From Diplonema japonicum (lineage: Eukaryota > Protista > Euglenozoa: Diplonemea): a DNA stretch of 64,000 nt. Under the pieces are notes generated by a model. The model did not search any database, was not told where the DNA came from, and saw nothing but the letters and a program-made list of their open reading frames with translations. The position numbers and the translations under genes were made by a program. The stretch is taken from positions 124,001-188,000 of the forward strand of contig OZ025668.1 of NCBI GenBank assembly GCA_964019335.1. Reading direction: 5' to 3'. Of the stretch, positions 35,248 to 45,016 are shown piece by piece (positions within the stretch are counted from its first letter, which is position 1; each line of letters opens with the position of its first letter).

Positions 35248-36346
35248 ACTTCTGCAGTTAGGGGATCCTGTTGGCTTTTTTCCCCCTTCTTTTTGTTGTA
35301 TAGGAGAAAATACAAAATAAAGAAAAAGAGTGAAAAGAGAGAGAAAAAAAAAATGGGGTAAAAAAAAAAATTGGTTGAAAAAAAAAAAAGAAAAAAAAAA
35401 AGAAAAAGAGAGAAACGGGGGGGGGGGGGGGGGAAGCTAAACGGGGACGGGGGAAAGTGAGAGAGCAAACGCTGCGGGGATATAAAAAAAAAAAAAGACC
35501 CACCTTGTCAGTCCATAGTTTCTTGGCATTAGTGTTGGAATAGAATAGATATAAGAAGGAAAATCTTTAAATTAAAGTATAAGCGCCAGATACCTGCTGT
35601 TGACTGGTGAAAGAATCTTTTCCGAAAGGAGGGGCAGTATTTAAAAAGAGGTAAGAAAGGGAAGGGAGCTCAAAAAAAGAAGGAGGGCCCTTCCTTTTTT
35701 CATTTTCATTTTCTTTTTTTTTTTAGATAGAAAGAAATAAAGAAATAGATAAAGGGGGGGGGAGAGAAAAAAAAGAGAACTGCGCAAGCATATTGTTTTT
35801 AAAAAATAAAGCCAAAATGAAAATGGGTGAGGGGATAAAGTGCTGGCTCGTTACTGTTCTTTCAGCCTATATATGTCAGTTTGTTCCCTCCAGAACACAA
35901 GTGAAAAAGGCTTTTATAACAAAATAAAGGAAAAGGGGGATGGTGCAGTGGGGAAGGGGGGGGGGGGGGGTCAATATAAAAAGCATCTACCTTTCCTTGC
36001 ATTTCGAAGAAAAAAAAAAGAAAACTTTGTACCACTAGAAAAAAAAAATCGAAAAAAACCCCAAAAAGTAACTAAAGGGCAGGTTGAGCTGGCTAAACGA
36101 TAACAAAAAAAGGGGGGGAGGGGGGCAAGTTCTTCTTCAATCTTGACAAATGTTCCTTTGATAAATACTGTTGCCAGAAATAAAGAAAAATATTTGTGTG
36201 TGTTTCTTTTTTTTTTTTTTTATCACTACCCCCCGCACTGGCTTAGCGCTGTATGTGGAATCTGAAAACTCTTCAATGGAATTTCAGGTCGCGCAAAAAA
36301 TGATCATGAGGAATAAAAGTTTAAAAAAAAATTAAAAAAAAAAATA

Positions 36347-36388
36347 GGGCGTTGATTGCAACACTAGCTTGGCGTTAAGCGTGCAACG
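36347..36388. repeat. Short dispersed repeat, copy 1 of 2
   Basis: GGGCGTTGATTGCAACACTAGCTTGGCGTTAAGCGTGCAACG; homologous to 39795-39858. Confidence 0.7.
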
Positions 36389-36656
36389 AAAAAAAAAAAA
36401 ATAAGAAAAAAATAAAAAATAAAAGAAGAACAAAAAGCCACACAGCTCTATGTCTTTCCCTTCCTCCGGAGAAGGGGAGCAGTCGGGATTCCCAACTTTT
36501 TCTGGTCAGCTTCTTTTTTTTTTTTTTTTGTCTTTTTTTTTTTTTTTTTTTTTTTATTTTTTTTTTTTTAAATTTCTTGTGTCTTATGTGTTTCTTCGTC
36601 TATATCTAATCCTATTTTCTCTCTTTTTGTTTTCTTTTGTTGTTTTTCTTTTATAT

Positions 36657-37712
36657 GAGCTCGTCCGGACGAAAATGTCAACACTTTTTTAGGCACCCCC
36701 GAAAATTTCTTGTTTTGATTATTTGAACAAAAAAAGGGCAGCATGCAACCATAGGAAGATGACATATATGGTGTACATGACGCCGTTCTTTCAATTGCGA
36801 TGCTTGTTTTGCCATGAGGGTGGCAGGCTTTGCAACCGGCTGCCCCCGGGAAGCGAAAAATAGAGGTCAAAAAAACGGCAAAAAACGTTTAAAATGCAAT
36901 TTCACTGCTTAAAATGCAGCATCTAGGGTGCATAAAATTGGTGTTCAAGCGCACTTGTGACCCCTGGGTACAACCCAGGGTCGGGTTACTGCTAAAAGTA
37001 CTTAGCGAAAAATATATGGCGCCGCATAGCCCCCGAAAATCCAGTTTTTTACACCCTATTTTTTTGGCTTTTTCAAGGGGTTCCTAAGGATTTTGGCTTT
37101 TTTCAGAATTCTTAACACTTGCCTGCTCATGCAGAGCTTCGACATTGGTATCTTTGGGGTCAAACTTTCATTCCCTACCCATCTGCTGAAGTTTTTCCTT
37201 TTCTTTTGCACTCATAATACTTTAAAAGTGAAAATTCTGCTTTTTAAAGGGATTTTAGCCTTAAATAGGCCAAAATGGCACTTTAAGGTAAGTTCTCCCC
37301 ACCCCATTTTAATAGTGATTTAGAGTCCAGCCCACCCAAAATGACCCCAAAGGTTTCACAGATTTTCAATCTGCGTCCATTCCTCCTGTCGCTTTTCACG
37401 GAAAAACGAAAATAAAAGGTGTCTTTGAAGGGAACCTGCAGTATGTGACAGGATCGCCATAAAAATGGAGTCTGGGTTATTTGTAACTTCCAAATTGAAT
37501 CGTTTGCCAAAAACCATTCTAAAAAACATGTTTTTGCACGTGCGTTTTAAAAATAAAACAAACGGCGAGCATTTTGACCTATATGGTGTTCAAGCTTAGA
37601 CTGCATTTCTGCACAGAAAGTGGTGTCGGACTATTTTTTTACTTAGAAATTTAACGGGGGTTTTACGCCGCATAGGAGGGTCATTTGTTGACATTTTTTC
37701 CCGGACGAGCTC
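36657..37712. mobile_element. Non-autonomous TIR DNA transposon (MITE-like), ~1.06 kb
   Basis: Left end GAGCTCGTCCGGACGAAAATGTCAACA versus reverse complement of right end GAGCTCGTCCGGGAAAAAATGTCAACA. Flanks ATAT/ATTT, or a TTAT duplication if the TIR is extended by AT. Interior lacks the long homopolymer tracts of the surrounding DNA and has no transposase ORF. Confidence 0.85.
37418..37458. repeat. ~40-nt dispersed hairpin element, copy C (subtype 1), nested in the MITE
   Basis: GGTGTCTTTGAAGGGAACCTGCAGTATGTGACAGGATCGCC flanked by ATAAAA on both sides. Confidence 0.85.
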
Positions 37713-39320
37713 ATTTATGCTACTTTCTGTTTCTTTTTCTTTTTTTTTTTCTTTTTTTTTTTTCTCTACTCCCTTCTTCCACGTAAAAAAAAGAAGAAGA
37801 AAAAATAAAATCAAGATAACATTAGCGAATCCTTGGGGGTGGGGGGGGGGGGGGGGGGAGTTTGTTCCCCCCCTTTTTTTTACCCTCTCTTTTTTTTTTT
37901 TTTTTCCCTTCCCATCCCGCGAAAAAGAAAAAAAAGAAGAAGAAAGAAAGAGAAAAAGAAAAAAAAAAAAGAATGAAAGTATGCAAACCTAAATAAAAGC
38001 TCAACGTAATTTTAAACCATTCTTCCCCCGTGGAAAAAAAAAGGAGGGGGGAAAGTGCCCTCGGGCATGATGGCAGGAATGGACCTGTTTTCTTCCTTTC
38101 TTTATTTTCATCTCCTTTAATTTCGTTTTTGTTTCTCCCCTTTTTAGCGACAATTTCAGCATCCTGGCTGCTTGTCCAGTAGCGAAAAAGCTCGTCTCGA
38201 TACCTTAGTTTGTATCCTGATCTGATTGATTTTTTTTTTTTCATCTTTTTTTTTTTTTGTTTAAAAATAAGTTTTCAGTTTTCTTTTTTTTTTTTCTTCT
38301 TTTTTTTTTTTTTTTAGAACAGTAGTATTTTTAGATTAAAACGAAAACAAAGGAAAGAGGGGGGGGGTGAAGAAAAAAGTACTAACTACCCGTCTGAACG
38401 AATGGGGAAAAAAAAAAAAAAAAAAAAAATAGTTACATGGTTTGAAGCCTGGTCGCTTGGTTCCTTTTTTTCCCCCCCCCTCTCTCCTCCGAAAGAGTAA
38501 GGGAAGCAAAAGGAAAAAAAAAAACTTTCCCCCTTATTTATTTTTTAAATATAAAGTATACAACTATAAATCTTTTTTTTTTTTCTCAACCATTTCTTTT
38601 TTTTTTTTTTTTTTTTTCGAAATTTTAAAAATTTAAAAAGAAAAATCACTGTGTGTGTGTGTGTGTGGCGTGGTGTGGTGGAGATTTCTGTTTCAAACCC
38701 AACAAAGCTGGTGGTGGGGCCGTCTGTGTACTTTGAGCACGACGGACTCCACGCTGCCAGCCAGGGAAAAAAAAAAGAGAAAAAAAAAAAAAAACTATAC
38801 TTTACTCAAAACACGATCACACAAATTTAGATGCTAACCGTGATTGGGGTCGCAAGGGGGGGGAGGGGGGGGTACACATCTCTGTTTCTTCTCAATGAAC
38901 TTGTGTGCGCGTTTTTTTTTTAAAAAAGAGTCAGTTGGCCGTAAAGGACCACTACTCTTTTTAGCAGATAACAATTCATTATCAATATATTTATTTCGCC
39001 TCTTCTGAAATTACTTATATGCCTCAATAGGCCAATTTTTGCCTCGGTTCAGTTCCCAGTGGGGCAACTTTTCCTCTCAGTTTGTCAATTTCCCCATCAA
39101 GCTCTCTAAAAGACTTCAAAAAATACCGAAGCAGCAGAAAGTGAGGAGCGAGTGGCCACGCCAGGTATCTTGTTGTACCCCATTGTGCCCCTCGTGGTGA
39201 AGTAATTTCGAGAGTGTCGCGAAACAAAACCACTTACCTACCGCCAAGTGATGCTTTACCGACCTCGAGGTAACGGTAAAGTCAATACTTGTTGGCAGTA
39301 AATAGCTATTTCTTTGTTCA

Positions 39321-39358
<38 letters not shown>

Positions 39359-39600
39359 AGAGCCCATTATTCCCACCGCTTGCAATACCAAAAGTTGGCA
39401 TGAGTCATTATTCTCCCGGTAATAAAAGAGGGGGAAAAAAAACTGGACATTTTTAAAAGGCTTTTCAAGTGCACCTTTTACAAGAAAAAGTGAATATAAA
39501 AAAAAGAACAAAAAAAAAAAAGAAAACGTAACTACTGACCTGAAAAGAAAGGAAAAAAAAAGGGGGAAAAAAAAAAAGACTCTTTTGAAACTGGTTGCTT

Positions 39601-39633
<33 letters not shown>

Positions 39634-39794
39634 CTTTTCTTTCCCCCCTTTTTGTTTTCTTCTTCTTTTTTTTTTCTTCTCTTTTTAACTTTCCTCCCCC
39701 CTTTACCGTTTTTTTTTTCTTTTTTGTAATCTTTTTGTTAGTTTTGCAAAGTGGAAAGAGGAGAGAGAGAGAGAGAGGAAAAAAAAAGAAAAAT

Positions 39795-39858
39795 GGGGCT
39801 TTGATTGCAACACTAAGTGGCGTTAAGTGTGAAACGTTGTAGCTTTAAGCGTGCAACG
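39795..39858. repeat. Short dispersed repeat, copy 2 of 2 (with internal duplication)
   Basis: Shares TTGATTGCAACACTA...TGGCGTTAAG...TTAAGCGTGCAACG with 36347-36388. Confidence 0.7.
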
Positions 39859-40279
39859 AAAAAAACTAGCAGCAAAGTCATTAAAAAAGACTTTCTTTTT
39901 TTTTTTACCGTAGGAAAAAAGTGAGAAATGTAACTGGCTGTTGTTTGTACGTGCTGAGTAGAAACCTGGATAAAGCTTAGAACCCATAAATACGATTGCC
40001 AACATTCCTCTTTTGTTTAGACAAGTCAAAGACAGTAACAGTAAAGATAGAACCCAACCATTTCTTCTAGGCTATAGGCTATAGGTGTTGGCAGGTGTTG
40101 GAGTGGAATAGAAAGGAGAAAAGATCCTTCGAAAAAAGAAAAAAAAAAACAGGGGTTCCTTCTTTCCCCCCCCCCCCCCCCCCCCCCTCGGTGCCGCGGA
40201 ATGCTTGCTCACCAATATTTGGGGCAAAAAAAAAAATGAAAAAAAAAGAAAATCACCCACTAAGGTACACACAACAAAT

Positions 40280-40329
<50 letters not shown>

Positions 40330-40551
40330 AACGTTTTCCTCAACAAGAGTGTACCCCACTTAAGTTTACTCCGCAAAAAAGTTTGGTGGCAGATGTACTC
40401 TCGTAGGTACTAGGAAGCAATTCTGTTATAAGGTGGGGAGGGGGGTTACACATTGGAGGAGAAATAAATATATAAAAAAAAAGAAGAAGAAACTACGGCG
40501 TTCGGATTAAAAAAAATAAGACACACAACATCTACTTAAGACCACGTCCTC

Positions 40552-40586
<35 letters not shown>

Positions 40587-41495
40587 AAATCGTCCAAATA
40601 AGTCATACACACTTGCAACGACCACAACCATCGCCAACGTCAAATAAATAAATTAAAAAACTCGATAAAATGTTTAAAAAAAAAAAAGAAAAAAAAAAGA
40701 AGCTAACTATCAACTGACAAGCAAAGATTATTTTAACGAAACGAGTTCTCCCGCAACTTTCCCCTCCCCCCTAAAGGACCACCTATGCTCGATATTTTGT
40801 ACCAAAAATCCTTTTTACATTCAAAATGTTTGCGAAAGAAATCAAGGGGATGACCACTAATGTTGACAACAACGCACGTGACATCAGCTTCGAGAAAAAG
40901 CTCACCTGGTCCTTCGGGGGTTTAAAAAAAAAAAGTTGACCAACTCAGTTAAACAAGGCTCATTTGGCTGCAAGTAGAGTAGCGTTCTTTTTTTTTTTTT
41001 TCTTTCTTTTTTTTTTTCCCCCTTTTTTTTAAATTTATTACACCATTTTTATTGTCAGTTTTCTCAACTGCTTCTCTTCCCAAGTGAGTGAAGAAAAAAT
41101 GACGAAGGTGATCATAGAAATATAAAACTTAGAAAAAAAAAGGGGGGGGATGTAGAGTGGTGCGTGTGTGGGTTTCCCTTACTGCACTTTCTTCTTTTTC
41201 TTCTCTTGACATTGTACCCCCCTTCTTGCATTAGGAGTCGGGCGTTACAGCCTCGGATATCAAAAATAACATCTTTAAGAAGTAGTTCACAGAAGGCAGA
41301 ACTGCATGCGCACTGGAATTTTATCACACTGCGCAGCTGTGGAGGGAAAAATAATTCTTTATGACTATATGTCTTTGTTGTTCGCCCTCTCTCCACCCGC
41401 TTTGTCAGTCTTCGGCGGCATTTTACTTTTTTGTTGTTCGCACGAGCAAAAAAGATTTTTAAAAAGCTGCGAAAGTTTTTTGCTCGGCACAAGTT

Positions 41496-41539
<44 letters not shown>

Positions 41540-41973
41540 ACCGGCCCCACCAGTTAAACGAAACCACGGAACAATTTTATATGTGACACACACACACACA
41601 CCCTCTTGTTTTTTTTTTTTTTTTTTTTTTTTCCTTCTCTTTACTTTGTTTACTTAACGATTACTGGCAGCGCACATGAGTAAAAAAACAAATGCATCGA
41701 ACCCTTAGACCCCAGCTTATTTTTCTGGGGAGGGGGGATTTTGAAAAAAAAAACTTCCATAGGGGGTCTGCAACACATAAGAAATGCCAACAAAAATGGG
41801 TTTCACTAGAAACTGGGAAAGAGGGGGTAAGAGTAGCACCATGAAATCTTATATTTAAAAAAAAATATATATATAAAAATTAAAAAAAAAAAAAAAAGCA
41901 AGAAATAGAAGAAGAAAGAATGAACTATGACATGGCTTGTTGGAAGAAAAAAAAAGGTAATTCTCTTTGACTT

Positions 41974-42012
<39 letters not shown>

Positions 42013-42826
42013 CATTTTTCTTTGCAGCACCATCAAGGCTCCTAGGATTCCTTCTTTTTCTCTCTCTCCCCTTCTTATTCACTGAGAAGCAGCAAAAAAA
42101 TAAAATAAAAAGAAGCTGGGAGCGAAAAGAACTGGCGTTTTGTTCACAAGTACCATGGGCAATTGACCTGAAATATAAGAGCCCAAGAGCCACGCCACTT
42201 TTCTTTAGACAAATAAGAGATGCATTTTAGGGGGGGAGGGGAAAAATATGAGTTGAAAAGGTGGCACCGAAGATGCTGAAGCTGACGGCTCTAATCTTTC
42301 CATCCCTTTTTCTTTTTTTCTTTTTTTTCGCGGGGGAAAAAAAAAAATAGCGAAAAAGATAACGTTAATCAGCTGGAGCAAGATCTAGCACATGAATAAG
42401 TATTGCGCCATTATTGCTGTTCTCAAAGGGAGGGGGGAGAAATCTAAAAAAAAAAAAAAATTCTTCACTCTTCTCCAAACCCTAGGGTCGGACCAAATCT
42501 GATTTCTTTGCTTCTGATGCAATCATTTTTTGGTCATGCGAAAGCGATAAATATTCCTTTTTTGCTTGGGGGTATCTTGTGACCAGCTGCCTAGCGCGAC
42601 TCTCGCGGTAAATATCGCACTTTAAGTGTGTTTCTTTCTTTTCTTCTTTTTTTTCTTCTTCTTTTTCTTTTTGTTTTTGCATAGAATTGGGGCAATTGAC
42701 TCCGAATAACAAGAAAAAAAAAACCTAACTTTTTTTTTTCTTTCTTTCTTTTCTTCTTCTTTTGCTTACATCGTCCCCTCCATTTTGCTTCACTTTTTTT
42801 TTTTTAATTTTGCACACACTGGGGGC

Positions 42827-42886
<60 letters not shown>

Positions 42887-42980
42887 AACTTCCATTTCAA
42901 CAAGAACAATAACAAATCCAAGTTACCATAATACGGGAAGAAAAAAAAAAAAAAAAAAAAGCACAATCAAGTACAAAGAC

Positions 42981-43537
42981 ATGAAAGGGAGTGGAGAGAA
43001 AAAAATTCACTATGATAGGAACGAAGTGGTTAGCAAGGGCCCACCAAAAAAAAAAAACGGCTGTGTTTTCAGCAAATACATCCTCACTTTCTTCTTTCTT
43101 GTCAAATGTATGACTCGCAAATCGTCACCTTAGTGAGGGGGGGGGGGGGGGGGGAGAAGCACCCATCCCTGGTAAACCAGTTATAAACTGAAAGGAAAAC
43201 TTCAGATGAGCTTTTTTTTTTTTTCTTCGCTCTGTTCCTTTGGGTTCCCCTGCTCTTTCTTTTTTTTTTTTTCCTTACAATAAAAAAAAAAAACTCTCTC
43301 GCCTAGTTGGGGGAGAGCGGGGGGGGGGGGGGGGGGTCCGCAGGAATGTTTTGTTTTACGCGCCACAGGTGAGAGGGAATAAAATAAAATTCCTTATGAA
43401 TGGGAATTAAAAAAAAATTTCACTATGATAGGAACGAAGTGGTTAGCAACGGCCCGCCGCGGTGGCATGCCTACCTTATGATGCTCCCCGGGTCGTTCCC
43501 TGCTACCCACCGTAGTGCCTGTCGTTTATATCTTCCT
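42981..43537. repeat. Direct repeat pair (42981-43045 and 43396-43460); the longer copy continues as a self-complementary ~100-nt unit
   Basis: CACTATGATAGGAACGAAGTGGTTAGCAA(G/C)GGCCC(A/G)CC at 43008 and 43421. Confidence 0.8.
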
Positions 43538-44621
43538 AAAAAAAAAAAAAAAAAAAAAACAAAAAAAAAAAACAATAAAGAGGGATTCCATCATTACCAT
43601 GCCGAGGGTTTTGCTACTTCTCTTTTCGCACAGCAGTTGAACAGTGAGAAAGAGGTGGAAAAAGAAAATAACAAAAGGAGCCAAGGGAGGGGTCAAGTCT
43701 TCAAGTCACTAATTTGTGAAACAAAAATGTAAATTGCGCCCAGATAGAGGTTTTTCATTTTTGGTATGAAATATGAAAAAAAAAAAAATTCTCATTCCTG
43801 TCTAAAATAAACACCTTAGAGGAGCGCTTAAGAGAAATTAACAGATGGGAGGGTGCCGACTTCAAGATCCAAAAAGAACTTTAGTCAGTAATCTCCTGGG
43901 GGTGAATTCTGTGCTTTCCTGAGACAGCTCTTCTTTTTCTTTCAGTGTCGGGTGCTACCCCGACTTTAAGATGTGGACACTTCCCCAAGAAAAGGGAATA
44001 CAAGAAGGAAAAACAGAAGAAATTGGACCAATAAAAAAAAAAGATAAAGTAAATAAATAAATAAATAAATAAATTTAAGTAAGCAATATTTCTTTTTTTT
44101 TTTTTCTTCACTCTGTTTTCTTTTTTTTTCCCTTCTTTTTTTTTCTTTCTTTTTTCCTTTTTTTTTGCATTTTGAAAATCAAAAAAAAAAATCACTATGA
44201 TGGGAGGGGGGATGTGTGCATGCTTGCAATTGTTTTTACGCTTTTTTTTGGGGGGGTTTTTTTTTAGCAAAGTAAAAAAAAAAGATTTTCATTGTGTATT
44301 TTGCTTGTAAAATGGAAGGGAAAAAAAAGGGAGAAAAAGAAAAATCGCACTGCCATGAGGCCACAGAGAGGGGGGGGGAGAAAAAATAAGTGCAATGATA
44401 ACGTTCTTCTCAAGAAACCCTTTCAAAAAAAAAAAACATAACAGAGGAAAAAAAAAGATTACCTAGGCATGTGTGCCGCCAGGAATATGGAATAGGGAAC
44501 TTTAATATTGTCGCACGTCTGGGTCTGGGAGGGGAGAGTACGCGGTTTTTCTTTTTCTTTTTTTTTTTTTTTCTGCTTCTTATTTTTATCCTCTCAATAG
44601 GCCTGCAAAAGAACCTATACG

Positions 44622-44660
<39 letters not shown>

Positions 44661-45016
44661 AAGTGGGCAAAAAAAAAATCACAACACAAAAAAAAAGAGA
44701 AAAAGAAATTACGAGATCACTCTCCGATCCCCTTAAATCTTGTGTGATAACACCCCTCTTAATCTTCCCTCGTCATTTCTTTCTTTCTTCTTTTTTTTTT
44801 TGCTGTTGCCTGGGGGAAGCTGGGGGGGAGTAAAAAAAAAAGGGGGGGGTAAAAAAATATAAAAATATTAATAAAAAAAACTAAACTGTTGTTTCTCTTT
44901 TTTTTTTTTTTGGACAAACTGAACCAAACTAAACAGAGATAAAAAAAATAAAAAAAAAAAAAATCTTTTTTTTTTTTTTTGCTTCTTTCTTTTTTTTTTT
45001 TTGAGTGTAGTTACTA

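Noticed and set aside
43421-43517. HDV-like or hammerhead ribozyme
   Set aside because: Only one nucleotide separates the two 3' pairing strands, leaving no P4 or a proper P3/L3, and there is no CUGANGA/GAAA core.
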